Positions 27,889-38,899 are shown, counted from the stretch's first letter. The stretch: 48,133 nucleotides of DNA from Deltaproteobacteria bacterium (GCA_029881655.1 JAOUME010000003.1:1-48133), one strand, 5' to 3'. The notes: a model not told the origin generated them from the letters alone. Program-made: numbers and translations.

Positions 27889-30342
27889 TTGAAAAATATA
27901 GCGATTGTGATTTTTCATAAGTTTCTTTTCTCCATTTTGCTAATACTTCCCATCGCCAGCTTGGCGCATGGGAAGTCATTGGTCGTCGAGGGGGAATTGG
28001 ATCGGTTTGACAAGGAAAAAGGAATCCTGATCTATAACCATCCGCGGGTCACCTTCGAACAAAAGACCATCTTGGGAGACAAACTACAATACAACCAAAA
28101 AGATAAATTTCTGGTTTTCAGCGGCAATATCATTATTCGCATGCCGGAATTGCTCTTGAGTGCCGATCAGGTTACCTATGACATCCAAAGCAAGGTACTT
28201 ACCCTAACAAACGCCACTCTTTTCGACAAACACTCGCTCGCATTCATCAAGGCATCCAAAATCAAGACCCTCAATGACAGCGAGTTTGTCGTTTACGATG
28301 GGTCCATCACCACCTGCAAGCCCGACTCAAGGGCTTGGGAACTCAACGCCAATTATATCAATTATCAAGTAAATCATTTTGCTTATGCCAATAACACCGT
28401 ACTTAAATTTTATCGTATACCACTTTTTTATACTCCTTTTTTTTCCTGGCCAACCAAAAAAGGAAGAGCCTCTGGACTTCTTCCACCTAGTTTCACCAAT
28501 CAAATCGGGAATCTCGACTACTCAAAAAACTACGGCAAACGCCTAAAAATCCCTTATTATTTGGCGATCGACAAGGCCCAGGACTTGACGTTGACAGCTG
28601 ATATCATAGATAAAAGAGGGACGGGGATTGAGGTTGAATACCGTTACGCTTTTTTAAAAGACATGCTGGGAGAAATTCGTTTCTGGTACCTGGATGAGAG
28701 TAAAGAACAAAGGGATTTATACCATGAGAACCTCGGCGACCTCGAAAGAGCGAATGATCCCTTTCTACCAGCCGAGCCCTTGGACCTTAGGCCTACGAGG
28801 TATAAAATCGAATTTGATCACAAGCAAAACATTTTTTTAAGCGGTCGGCTTTTTTTACAGCACCACCAATACAGTGATGCTGAGTTAAATTCAGAATATT
28901 TCGACTCCGAATTGTTCGGGGCAAACCGCTATTATCAAAGAATCGACTTGATCTTTCCCTGGAAGAACGGGGATATCAACCTTGGGCGAGAAATCGGCAA
29001 TAATTTTAGACATCCTTCACTTTACGACACCTCCCCCGAATACGACACCAGTACCAACAAAGGGTCATACATCAATATTTCCCACCGCTCCGCAAGAATC
29101 CTAGGCTCACCCTTATCCCTTTCAATGAACGGAAACTCGACAAACCACATAGGTGAATGGGGTTGGAAAGGTAAAGTCAACCAGTTTAATGCCGCCTTCA
29201 GCGCCCCAATAAAAATCGATTTTATCAATGTTATGCCGCAACTCAAAAGACGTTACCTAAACTTCGACATAAATTATGATAAAAGCAATATCGATTCCAA
29301 GATGCTACCTTTAAATTTCAATGCCTTTCCAGAACCTTTCGCATGGTATATTGACCAAAGAGAATTGGAGTTAAATTTTGAAATTTTTCGTATTTTTAAA
29401 AACCAAAAAAATCTAGGGAAACTCTCTTTTCAACCCAGACTGATTTTTTCAGAGATCAATGATGTCGATCAGAAGCAATCCATCGATTTCACAACCGAAA
29501 GTTTGTTGACCACAAAAGGGCTAGAGGAGATCTCGGCGGACAGCACCAATTCGGATTACTATAAGTATAAATCAATTTTCGTCGAGCCGACCTTGAGTAG
29601 AAAAAGTATCGAATACCGTCTTGACACAGTCTACCTAACCAAGGATCCCTTAACCCAAAAAATCAGACCCTTTTTCAAGCTTGAACTGAGTCAGACCTTT
29701 AACCTGAACCGCAAAGGTAGCAAAGAAGAAACCGATCAGGCGTTCGTAGGTCCTCAAATTCCTGATAATCTAAACGAAACCAGTTTCGGCAATAAAAAGA
29801 TGCCCTTCATAATCAACATGACCCTTTCTCCAATATCCCGTTTCCAGGCATCCCTTTTTAACCGATACGATTACGAGGAGAACCGATTCGTTGAAACCGT
29901 TATCAAATTATCCGCCGTATCTCCAGATGAAAGTCATTATGGCCTTCAGTACATCAAAAATACTAAAAGCTATATCGACCTAAACGGTGACGAGCATCAA
30001 TCAAAATCCAGATACTCAATCTATCACTTTCTGAAAATAGGTAATCGGTTCGACCTTTATTTGCGTGGAGAATGGGATTTAAACAGAAACGATCTGAAGA
30101 TCCAATATGGATCAAACAAGCAGATCAAAAGGCTCAACACCCAATTATTCGCAGCTGAAACCAAGCTCTATTTTAAGCATGACTGTTACCAGTTTATAGC
30201 GGCTTATTCGGAGTACAGCAAATACCAATGGATAAAAGGAGTTCAAACGGAGTATATGGACCGTAAATTTACCTTTACATTTCTACTAGAGGGATGGCCT
30301 GACATATCTAATCCCTATCATAGGGAATACTTGCTTCAATAA
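27889..30342 (+). CDS. lptD: LPS-assembly protein LptD
   Basis: N-terminal OstA-like beta region, ITTC...W, PLFYTP..SWP, RASGLLPP, IPYYL, C-terminal HDCY; 817 aa. Confidence 0.85.
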   Translation: MKNIAIVIFHKFLFSILLILPIASLAHGKSLVVEGELDRFDKEKGILIYNHPRVTFEQKTILGDKLQYNQKDKFLVFSGNIIIRMPELLLSADQVTYDIQSKVLTLTNATLFDKHSLAFIKASKIKTLNDSEFVVYDGSITTCKPDSRAWELNANYINYQVNHFAYANNTVLKFYRIPLFYTPFFSWPTKKGRASGLLPPSFTNQIGNLDYSKNYGKRLKIPYYLAIDKAQDLTLTADIIDKRGTGIEVEYRYAFLKDMLGEIRFWYLDESKEQRDLYHENLGDLERANDPFLPAEPLDLRPTRYKIEFDHKQNIFLSGRLFLQHHQYSDAELNSEYFDSELFGANRYYQRIDLIFPWKNGDINLGREIGNNFRHPSLYDTSPEYDTSTNKGSYINISHRSARILGSPLSLSMNGNSTNHIGEWGWKGKVNQFNAAFSAPIKIDFINVMPQLKRRYLNFDINYDKSNIDSKMLPLNFNAFPEPFAWYIDQRELELNFEIFRIFKNQKNLGKLSFQPRLIFSEINDVDQKQSIDFTTESLLTTKGLEEISADSTNSDYYKYKSIFVEPTLSRKSIEYRLDTVYLTKDPLTQKIRPFFKLELSQTFNLNRKGSKEETDQAFVGPQIPDNLNETSFGNKKMPFIINMTLSPISRFQASLFNRYDYEENRFVETVIKLSAVSPDESHYGLQYIKNTKSYIDLNGDEHQSKSRYSIYHFLKIGNRFDLYLRGEWDLNRNDLKIQYGSNKQIKRLNTQLFAAETKLYFKHDCYQFIAAYSEYSKYQWIKGVQTEYMDRKFTFTFLLEGWPDISNPYHREYLLQ

Positions 30343-30364
30343 AAAAAAACGCACTGAATTGCAC

Positions 30365-31048
30365 ATGGTTGCTAAAACCCGATACCTTTATGTTTTGATC
30401 ATTATTTTTGTCAGTTATCTCGCAGCTGGTAATAATCCTCTTTGGGCTCAGGAATATCAAAAACCTCTCGAGACTTTTTCAACAGATAAAATCCAGATCA
30501 TTGAGGGGATATCCTATTGCCACGGAGGCTACGGTTACCAGAAAACCGCCATTAGAATCAACGGAGAATACTACCATAAAGATTCCAATATCAGCCCCTA
30601 TATACCGACCATTCAACCATTATATATTACGTTTTTAAGTTTTGGATGCTCCTTTAATCCATTTTTTGTGGATTATTATATTATCGACGACTCTTTAAAA
30701 TTGCCGAAAATAGTAAATGTTAATGGCATCGACTACAACAGCATCGAATTTCAGGTCAGTTCCCTGTCAACCGGATATACCTTTAGCTTAATTCCGCATT
30801 ATTTGTACCTGGACATCGGTGTCAGCTACATGCAGTACAACTACAAATTTGGGATGTATGGTGATAACAGGTATCAGGAGTATGAAAGTCAGGACGTTAA
30901 CGTCAGAAACTATTACTCGCTAGGATCGCTAAAATGGTTTATCAACCCTTTTATCTATATAAAATGGCAAAATCAGCTTTCCATGTATCAAGACAATCTA
31001 ATCAACTCGACCAATCAAGTCGGGATTAATCTTTTTTCCAAATTTTAA
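30365..31048 (+). CDS. Putative small outer-membrane beta-barrel protein
   Basis: Signal peptide, Tyr/Gly-rich amphipathic strands and terminal Phe; ATG 30365 (ORF track starts at TTG 30359). Confidence 0.55.
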   Translation: MVAKTRYLYVLIIIFVSYLAAGNNPLWAQEYQKPLETFSTDKIQIIEGISYCHGGYGYQKTAIRINGEYYHKDSNISPYIPTIQPLYITFLSFGCSFNPFFVDYYIIDDSLKLPKIVNVNGIDYNSIEFQVSSLSTGYTFSLIPHYLYLDIGVSYMQYNYKFGMYGDNRYQEYESQDVNVRNYYSLGSLKWFINPFIYIKWQNQLSMYQDNLINSTNQVGINLFSKF

Positions 31049-31978
31049 ATGAAAAAAATCATCCTTTTTTCAACCTTAATCATCGTGGCTTTTGTTGCCT
31101 GCGGAAGAAAAACTTCTCCAAGTCCCTACAACTCGGATCAGGTGATCTCTAAAACCTTGCCCCCGGTTGAAAATTCCAAAGTCAGTTACAAGAATAAAGA
31201 CATCAAGGTCACCTTTGAGCTTCCAAAAAGTTTTTTAATCCAACAACAAAAAATTGCCCCCCAAGCTTATCAAAAGTCCATGGGGAAAACCAGTCAGCTA
31301 TTCTCATACGGAAAAGATAGCGAAAAACAATTAAAAATCATATCTTTCGTGCAGCTCAATTTCTATAAACCCCAGAGCGGTTGTCTACTCTGCGAACCCT
31401 TACTGGTCGAGTCGGTCCGTTTTGATTTAAAAACCGGAACTCCAAGGATCAATTCAAGCGATTTTTCAAATCCAGAATATTTAACAAAAATTCAGTTTGA
31501 AGCCATTAATAAATGGAAATACAAAATTACTCTTCCTAATAAACTCTTTCTTCTGAATTGGGAGCAAATGGGATACTTCATGCAGGTCAATTATTTGACC
31601 AATAGGGAAGAAATCTCTTTTCCCTCTGAAAACCTGATCCCTGTAAGGCCCGCTCCTCTTCCAAAACCGAAGGTTTTTGTTAAGCAGGTTGATCCACAAG
31701 ATCCATTATTGGAAAAAGCTTTTATTTTTCTTAAATGGAACCTTGTGTTAGAGACGACACAAGTTGTCATCGAAGAAAATGGCAACCTCTTTTCTGAGCC
31801 CCTTTATTATAAATTAAATTTATACCAGATTAAAAATGACGGCAAAGAAACTCAGCTCAATAAAAATCCGCTTGTTAAGGGAACCTTTTTAATCAAAAGA
31901 CCGGCGGATACAATTTACGCGACATTTATGGATCGCTTTGATAACGAATCAGAAAAAGTATTTATTTTCCAGGAATAA
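31049..31978 (+). CDS. Lipoprotein with LptM-like N-terminus and CxxC
   Basis: Lipobox FVAC followed by GRKTSPSP; GCLLC; FnIII-like C-terminus (LKWN, YKLNLY, DRFDNES). Confidence 0.7.
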   Translation: MKKIILFSTLIIVAFVACGRKTSPSPYNSDQVISKTLPPVENSKVSYKNKDIKVTFELPKSFLIQQQKIAPQAYQKSMGKTSQLFSYGKDSEKQLKIISFVQLNFYKPQSGCLLCEPLLVESVRFDLKTGTPRINSSDFSNPEYLTKIQFEAINKWKYKITLPNKLFLLNWEQMGYFMQVNYLTNREEISFPSENLIPVRPAPLPKPKVFVKQVDPQDPLLEKAFIFLKWNLVLETTQVVIEENGNLFSEPLYYKLNLYQIKNDGKETQLNKNPLVKGTFLIKRPADTIYATFMDRFDNESEKVFIFQE

Positions 31979-32152
31979 TTTATTTGTAATTATCTCCTGC
32001 ATTTAAAAGAGTGTTTCTTTTTTCGATAGTCAAAATATCTAAAACATGAAAAATAAACCCATAAGTTAAAAATCAAGGTCGAATTTATTGATGCGATTAA
32101 ATGATTATAAACTATCAATTTACTTGCATTTGACCCAACTCCACCGAATTTA

Positions 32153-33955
32153 ATGATTCAAAATCACCCTTATATTAATCAAGTTTTCGTTATTATTTGT
32201 TTTTTTCTCATTATAGGTTGCTCTTCCCAAGCTTATATCCAGGAAAACGAATTGCTCATCCTACAAGGCAAAAATGAAGAGGCATTAAGAAATTACAAGA
32301 GAATTTCCAAAGAAGACCCAAAAAATCCCGAGTTGCACTACCGCTTTGCCTACGCTGCCCATTCCGTCGGTCAGTATAACCTGGCTGAGACCGAGATTTT
32401 AAAAGCCATCCTGCTTGACCCTTTAATTGATCGCTACCAGCTATTGGCCGGGATGATCTTTTATAAAAACGAGAACTATTTTAAAGCGATCAATCACCTT
32501 AGCAGTGCCTTGGATCTAAACCGCCAGATGTTGGAGGCTTATTATTATTTGGCATTGTCCTATGAAAGAACCGATAAGGTCGATGACGCTCTAAAGAGCT
32601 TAGAAGCCGCCATCGACATCGAACCGCTCTATTTCGAAGCCCACTTAGCATATGTTTCGATCAATTACGACCGCCTAAAGTCACAAAATAAATTCCCATC
32701 TTTAATTCATCAACTCGAAAAAGCTCTGAAACTTAAACCGAAATCGCCTCAGGGGAATTTACTGCTTGCGAAATTATATAACTCGATAGGAGCCAGTTTT
32801 AAAGCTAAAAAAGTTTTAACCGATTGGATCAAAAAATATTCTCAAGATGACCAAATCATCCTGGAGTTGGCAGGGATGGAATATCAGTTAGGGAATCAGG
32901 AGTTGGCGGGTGAATACCTAACTAAAATAAAACAACACAACTTAGAATCCCGGTTGTTAAATCTAAAAATTAAAAGCGAAACCCAAGATACTGACAGTTT
33001 CGTCAAGGAGATTAAAAACTTGATCTGGAAGTATCCATCAGAGATTCAATTATATATCCTGTTGGGAGAAATCGAGCTTTCCAGGGGAAATTTAACTGAA
33101 TCCGAAAATCTGTTGCAAAAAGCTCTGAAGCTAGAGCCAAATTCAGCCAAAGTCTATTTCCAATTATCGAAAGTTTGGAACGCAAAAAACGATCAACAGA
33201 GTTCTCAATGGGCTCTCAGTAAGGCCATTGAGTTTTCACCGACCGACTTGAAAATTCAGCTGGAATACCTAAAAAATCTCATCCATACCGGGAATGTTGA
33301 ACAAGCCAAAGAGTTGATCGCCAATTTCAACCCTGACCCGAAAAATTCCGATGTCATTTTTGTCAAAGGGTTAATCGCGAAAAAACAAGGCGACTTTAAT
33401 CTGGCGGACAAGCTTTTTAGACGCGCCCAAAAACAACAGTTTTCCATTGATATCGAACTGCAGCTGATTGATATCGAAATCTTGCAGGGTATGCACAATG
33501 ATGCCGAAAAACGTCTTAAAAGGGTTTTTAAGCTTTTCCCCGAACATTTCCAAGCTAAAATGATCTTTACAAAGTTATTGTTCTACCGGAAGAGTTTTGA
33601 CGAAATCATCAAGGTGCTTTCCCCTTATTTGAAAAGCGATAAAGTCAATGGAGAAGTCTATCTGTACTTGGCTGAGGCTTGGGTCCAGAAAAATAACATC
33701 CAAAGAGCCATCGAAATTTTAGAGAGTGGAGTTAACATCTGGCCTCGAGACCTCGAATTGATTCAAGCCTATACTTTTTACCTGGGCATTCATAAACAAT
33801 ACAAAAAAGCCGTCCAACTTCTAGAAGACGCCCTTACTTTTAAACATCAATACCGTTCATTGTTTTCTTACCGTCTTGGTTATTATTACTTTTTGATGGG
33901 AGACAATAAAAAGTTCAAACAAGTGGCCCAGCAAAATCACCTAGATTCATTTTAG
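32153..33955 (+). CDS. TPR-repeat lipoprotein
   Basis: Lipobox IIGC; many 34-aa helical repeats (A...DP/EP). Confidence 0.85.
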   Translation: MIQNHPYINQVFVIICFFLIIGCSSQAYIQENELLILQGKNEEALRNYKRISKEDPKNPELHYRFAYAAHSVGQYNLAETEILKAILLDPLIDRYQLLAGMIFYKNENYFKAINHLSSALDLNRQMLEAYYYLALSYERTDKVDDALKSLEAAIDIEPLYFEAHLAYVSINYDRLKSQNKFPSLIHQLEKALKLKPKSPQGNLLLAKLYNSIGASFKAKKVLTDWIKKYSQDDQIILELAGMEYQLGNQELAGEYLTKIKQHNLESRLLNLKIKSETQDTDSFVKEIKNLIWKYPSEIQLYILLGEIELSRGNLTESENLLQKALKLEPNSAKVYFQLSKVWNAKNDQQSSQWALSKAIEFSPTDLKIQLEYLKNLIHTGNVEQAKELIANFNPDPKNSDVIFVKGLIAKKQGDFNLADKLFRRAQKQQFSIDIELQLIDIEILQGMHNDAEKRLKRVFKLFPEHFQAKMIFTKLLFYRKSFDEIIKVLSPYLKSDKVNGEVYLYLAEAWVQKNNIQRAIEILESGVNIWPRDLELIQAYTFYLGIHKQYKKAVQLLEDALTFKHQYRSLFSYRLGYYYFLMGDNKKFKQVAQQNHLDSF

Positions 33956-34121
33956 ACTTCTTTTCTATTTATTGCCCTGTTTATTTTGAAAAGTTTTCCA
34001 AATCACCCTTTTTAAATCGTTTTGAAACCTCAAAGCATCATTACTTGGAAATTGCGCTTGATCGAGGAAAGTGTTTTATATTATGCTTTTTCAAAAAGAA
34101 CGAGGTTAAAAAATCAAAGTA

Positions 34122-34322
34122 ATGTTTAATCTAAGTAAAAAAAAAGAAGCAAAATACCTTTATCTGTTGCCGGGTCCAGACGATTTAGCACAGTGGGAAG
34201 TTTTAAATGAGGAGGAACTTGAAAAACGCGTCAAGGAAAACCGACTTGAGGAAGGGTGTAAGCTCTTTAAAATTGAGCAGGAAGTCAATATCCGTTTTGA
34301 AAAAATAATCCATTTGGATTAA
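34122..34322 (+). CDS. Small hypothetical protein
   Basis: 66-aa ORF with protein-like composition filling the gap before mutS; GAGG upstream. Confidence 0.6.
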   Translation: MFNLSKKKEAKYLYLLPGPDDLAQWEVLNEEELEKRVKENRLEEGCKLFKIEQEVNIRFEKIIHLD

Positions 34323-34394
34323 TTTCATTTTTTTGGTTCGCCCGTCCAGATCCTCCGCCTTTTTTCAATAATTTAACACGCTTCTTATTATTTC

Positions 34395-37082
34395 ATGACT
34401 GTACCCCTTTTAGATAAAACAACTCCGATGATGCGGCACTTCTACCAAGTGAAGGCTGACTATCCGGGTACAATCGTTTTTTACCGCATGGGAGAATTTT
34501 ATGAAATGTTCGGGGACGATGCCATTTTGGCTTCGAAGCACCTTGAAATTTCCCTGACTACAAGAAACAAGAATCAACAAAATAAAATCCCCATGTGCGG
34601 TGTTCCCGTACACAGCTACGAGAGCTACTTAAACAAGCTATCCCTAAAAGGATTTAAGGTGGCTATCTGCGAACAGGTTGAAGACCCAAGTCTCTCTAAA
34701 GGACTCGTCAAGAGAGAAGTTACTAGGGTCGTCACCCCCGGCACGATCATCAGTTCTAATCTTTTAAATAACCGTGAAAATCATTATATTTGCTGTTTGT
34801 ATCCAGATAAGAAAAATTCTTTGCTGGGAGTTGCCTTTTGTGACTTTTCAACAGGCGAATTCGAGGTTGATGAAATCCTCAACGATGTGAATTTATCAAA
34901 ATTAACCGAAATAATCCATCTCTATCAACCTGTTGAAGTTCTTCTGCCTGACTTTTCAATAGAAAAATCCTCACCAACCCACCAGGAATTCTCAGAAAAG
35001 ATTAATAAGATTCTTTTTACGCTAAACAGTCCGCCGCATATCGAACTGTTAAAGACATATTATTTCGACTATACCAACAGCAAAAAAGCACTTCAAAATC
35101 ATTTCTCCATTCATAATCTGGCGGGATTCGGAATTGAGTCTTTTACCGTTGGCATTTGCGCTGCTGGAGCGGGTTTGAACTATCTGATGGAAACCCAAAA
35201 AAACCCCCTTTCCCACTTTAAGAGCATCAAACGCATCCATAAAAACGATGTTATGTTTTTGGATGATACGACCACGAAAAATCTTGAACTTTTCGACAGC
35301 TTTGACAAGCAGAGTTCCAAATTCAGTCTGGTATGGCATATAGATCACACCAAGACTTCCATGGGGGCTAGGCTTCTAAGGAAATGGCTAAAGACTCCCT
35401 TGACCAACCGAAGCATAATCGAAAACCGCTTGGATTTGGTCAGTTCCATGACCAAGGAGTTCACACTCTTGAAAAACATTCGCCTTGATCTGACAAAAAT
35501 TGGGGATCTGGAAAGAATAATCACAAGAATATCCCTTCCCACAAGTTTAATCCAGGATTTCATCTATTTAAGACAAAGCCTGAAACCCTTAAAATATCTC
35601 AAGGAGTATTTTTCCCAATTTAAGGACCCTAAACTGATCGACAAAACAGTATCCTTTGATCCGCTAGAGGATCTTCACCTGTTTTTAGAGAATCACTTTT
35701 TAGACGAACCAACAAAAAAAATCAATGACGGAGGTTATATACGCTCCGGAATTGACCCAGAGCTCGACGAATTAAGAAACCTCATGCAAAACGACAAGCA
35801 GATCATCGCCAACATTGAAGCCGAGCAACGACGAAAAACGGGAATCTCTTCACTAAAGGTACGTTTCAACAGAGTGTTCGGATACTATATCGAGGTATCA
35901 AACGCCTCTCGTCACTTAGTTCCCCAAAATTATATCCGAAAGCAGACCCTGGTTAACAACGAACGCTTTATTACAGAAGAACTAAAAGAGCTTGAAGAAA
36001 AAATTCTCACAGCCCAGGAAAAGGCAATTAAACTTGAAATGGATATCTTCCAAAAGATCAAAGCGCGCCTCTATAATGAAATCGGCAGAATCCAATCGAC
36101 TTCTGCTTTGATCGCAGAGATGGACAGCCTGGGTTGTTTTGCCTATCTCGCTAAAATGAACAACTACTGCCGACCTGAATTTTATCCAGAGGATCAATCA
36201 CAACAAATATTCATTGATGAAGGACGGCATCCGGTTATCGAAACCCTTCAGTTAAGCGAACCCTTTATCCCCAATGATTGCGAACTTAGTGCGGAAAACC
36301 AGTTCATTATGATCATTACTGGTCCAAATATGGGTGGAAAATCAACCTATATGAGGCAAACCGCCTTGATTGCCCTTATGGCCCAGATCGGGTGCTTCGT
36401 ACCCGCAAAAAAAGCAAAGCTATCCATCTTCGACAGAATCTTTACCCGGGTGGGCGCTTCGGACAACCTGACCCGAGGTCAAAGCACTTTCATGGTGGAA
36501 ATGAGCGAAGCCGCGTCAATCCTCAACAACGCGACTTCAAAGAGCCTGATTATCCTGGATGAAATCGGAAGGGGAACCAGTACTTTCGATGGAATCAGCC
36601 TTGCATGGTCAATTATCGAATTTTTACACCGCATAAAGCCTTTGACCCTGTTTGCGACACACTATCATGAACTAGTTCTGCTGGAAGACAAACACCCTGG
36701 AATCCGAAATGTTAAGGTAGTCGTGCATGAGGAAAACGAAAACATCGTGTTTTTAAGAAAGGTGATTGCCGGACAGGCCGATAAAAGTTATGGTATCCAA
36801 GTCGCTCGCTTGGCAGGCTTACCGACCGAGGTCATTAGTAGAGCAAGGGAGATCTTACAGGAACTTGAGGTGGCTGAGAAACAATTTGGGAGTTACGAAG
36901 CGATTAAATCAGGGCAATGGAGCGAAACCCGACCTTTAAAAGAAAATGAACAAATAAGTTTCCTGCCGCCATTGGAGCCTTGGTTGGATGAACTAAAGAG
37001 TTTTGATTTAAACAATAAAACTCCCTTACAAGCGCTGGAATTTCTGAATAATATTCAAATTGAACTCAAGAAACTAAATTGA
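34395..37082 (+). CDS. mutS: DNA mismatch repair protein MutS (MutS1)
   Basis: TPMM, RMGEFYEMF, GPNMGGKSTYMRQ, STFMVEM, DEIGRGTST, ATHYHEL, SYGIQVA. Confidence 0.97.
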   Translation: MTVPLLDKTTPMMRHFYQVKADYPGTIVFYRMGEFYEMFGDDAILASKHLEISLTTRNKNQQNKIPMCGVPVHSYESYLNKLSLKGFKVAICEQVEDPSLSKGLVKREVTRVVTPGTIISSNLLNNRENHYICCLYPDKKNSLLGVAFCDFSTGEFEVDEILNDVNLSKLTEIIHLYQPVEVLLPDFSIEKSSPTHQEFSEKINKILFTLNSPPHIELLKTYYFDYTNSKKALQNHFSIHNLAGFGIESFTVGICAAGAGLNYLMETQKNPLSHFKSIKRIHKNDVMFLDDTTTKNLELFDSFDKQSSKFSLVWHIDHTKTSMGARLLRKWLKTPLTNRSIIENRLDLVSSMTKEFTLLKNIRLDLTKIGDLERIITRISLPTSLIQDFIYLRQSLKPLKYLKEYFSQFKDPKLIDKTVSFDPLEDLHLFLENHFLDEPTKKINDGGYIRSGIDPELDELRNLMQNDKQIIANIEAEQRRKTGISSLKVRFNRVFGYYIEVSNASRHLVPQNYIRKQTLVNNERFITEELKELEEKILTAQEKAIKLEMDIFQKIKARLYNEIGRIQSTSALIAEMDSLGCFAYLAKMNNYCRPEFYPEDQSQQIFIDEGRHPVIETLQLSEPFIPNDCELSAENQFIMIITGPNMGGKSTYMRQTALIALMAQIGCFVPAKKAKLSIFDRIFTRVGASDNLTRGQSTFMVEMSEAASILNNATSKSLIILDEIGRGTSTFDGISLAWSIIEFLHRIKPLTLFATHYHELVLLEDKHPGIRNVKVVVHEENENIVFLRKVIAGQADKSYGIQVARLAGLPTEVISRAREILQELEVAEKQFGSYEAIKSGQWSETRPLKENEQISFLPPLEPWLDELKSFDLNNKTPLQALEFLNNIQIELKKLN

Positions 37083-38899
37083 AACTGCGGCTTTTAAAGA
37101 AAACAAGGACTATTCCCCCCGGAAGCTCAAACCTCCATTTGCTCTTATTTGGGGTTTTTTTATCCTTTGTTCTTTTTTTATATGTTCCATCAGTTTTGGC
37201 AGATTCAGTCGACCGAGCCTACCAGAAAGCCGCAAAGAAATATTATCTTTTATACAAAGACACTCCTTTTAGAGATAAAGAAGATAACTGGCTTAAAACC
37301 ATTAGCCAATTTGAGCGTATCTACAAAAACCACCCCAATCACTCAAAAGCCCACAAGGCTCTCTTTAATATCGGCAACCTTTATCGCTCCCTGTATAAAT
37401 GGAATCATAAGCAGATTTATATCGACCGTAGCAATATCTCCTTTCGCAATCTGGTCAACGAATACCCCAAATCCAATCTGGTGGACAACTCCCAATTTAA
37501 CATCGCCGAAAACTATGAAGTCTACAAGAAAGATAAGAATCTGGCTTACATCGAATATAATAAACTGATCGAACAGTTCCCCAAAAGCTTTTACACAGCC
37601 AAAGCCAAAAAAAAAATCAGTTCCCTTGGGCCTCCGAACAAAGATCTACAAATCCTTCCCGTAACTGAAAATGCCATCACTCCGATCGATTTAACCAGAG
37701 CCCGCTTCGGAGGTTTAAGTGAAGAGGAGGACAAAATTTCTCGCCCCTTGATCCTTGTTTCAAAAGTCGATTATTGGTCAACTTCGGACTGGTCAAGAAT
37801 GGTCGTCAATATTAAAGACGATGTCCGCTATAAATATCAGGTCTTAAAGGAAGACAAAAGTATCGGGAAAGGCAAACGGATGTACATCGATATTCACAAT
37901 GCCTTTATCCCGAAAAAATTTAAGAAAAAAATCGCGGCAAACGACGGATTGATCAAACAGGCAAGAATCGCCCAATACAATAAATCCACCGTCCGTATCG
38001 TCTTAGATCTTGCCAGTCTAAAAAGAATCAAGGTATTTCACTTCAAACTCCCCAATCAGTACAAAATCGTCGTCGATATTCTCGGGCAATCGGCTATAAA
38101 CGGCCTTAAGGGCGAATTCGCCAATGCTGTGCCCAAAAAACAAACCAAAAAAAATAACTTTGTCAGCCATATCAAACCGGGAAGATACAGTGCTGATCAA
38201 AACGCCATTTCTCTTTCAAAAGCATTGGGCTTGAAGGTTAAAAGGATTATTTTAGACCCAGGTCACGGTGGAAGGGACCCCGGAGCTTCGGCTTACGGTC
38301 TGAAAGAAAAGGATATCACCCTTAAAATCGGTCATACTTTAAAAACCCTTATCCAGAATAAATATCCTGATATCGAAGTCCTGATGACTCGCGAAAAAGA
38401 CCGGTATCTGAGCCTGGAGGCTCGAACGGCCTTTGCAAATAAATACAAGGGAGATCTGTTTATCAGTATCCATTTTAACGCCAGCAAAAGAGAGCATATC
38501 CGCGGTATCGAGACTTATTTTCTAAACCTGACAACGGATAACGACGCTCTGGAACTGGCGGCGAAAGAAAATCAGACCAGTTTAAAAAGCATCAGCCAAC
38601 TACAAAATATTCTCAACGACCTTATGACCAACTCAAAAATCCAAGAGTCAAGCTTGTTAGCGGAAAATATCCAAACCTCCTTGATTAAGGGGGCAAATAA
38701 CAGCAAAATGATCAGACAAAGAAATCTTGGTGTAAAACAGGCACCGTTTTTTGTGCTTCTCGGAGCAGAGATGCCCAGTGTGTTGGTTGAGTTTGGATTT
38801 ATTACCAATAAAAAGGAAAATCGATTGATCAAAAATAAAGAATACCGTGCGGTCCTGGTTGAAGGAATTTTTAAAGGGATCGAATCCTATATGAATTAA
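37079..38899 (+). CDS. N-acetylmuramoyl-L-alanine amidase (TPR-AMIN-Amidase_3)
   Basis: ILDPGHGG.DPGA, EKDITL, FISIHFNA, VLVEFGFITN; AMIN-like VRIVLDL; N-terminal TPRs; 4-nt overlap with mutS. Confidence 0.92.
   Translation: MKLRLLKKTRTIPPGSSNLHLLLFGVFLSFVLFLYVPSVLADSVDRAYQKAAKKYYLLYKDTPFRDKEDNWLKTISQFERIYKNHPNHSKAHKALFNIGNLYRSLYKWNHKQIYIDRSNISFRNLVNEYPKSNLVDNSQFNIAENYEVYKKDKNLAYIEYNKLIEQFPKSFYTAKAKKKISSLGPPNKDLQILPVTENAITPIDLTRARFGGLSEEEDKISRPLILVSKVDYWSTSDWSRMVVNIKDDVRYKYQVLKEDKSIGKGKRMYIDIHNAFIPKKFKKKIAANDGLIKQARIAQYNKSTVRIVLDLASLKRIKVFHFKLPNQYKIVVDILGQSAINGLKGEFANAVPKKQTKKNNFVSHIKPGRYSADQNAISLSKALGLKVKRIILDPGHGGRDPGASAYGLKEKDITLKIGHTLKTLIQNKYPDIEVLMTREKDRYLSLEARTAFANKYKGDLFISIHFNASKREHIRGIETYFLNLTTDNDALELAAKENQTSLKSISQLQNILNDLMTNSKIQESSLLAENIQTSLIKGANNSKMIRQRNLGVKQAPFFVLLGAEMPSVLVEFGFITNKKENRLIKNKEYRAVLVEGIFKGIESYMN

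Noticed and set aside
34395-38899. mutS-amidase overlap as a novelty
   Set aside because: Mismatch-repair and amidase gene adjacency is a familiar arrangement.
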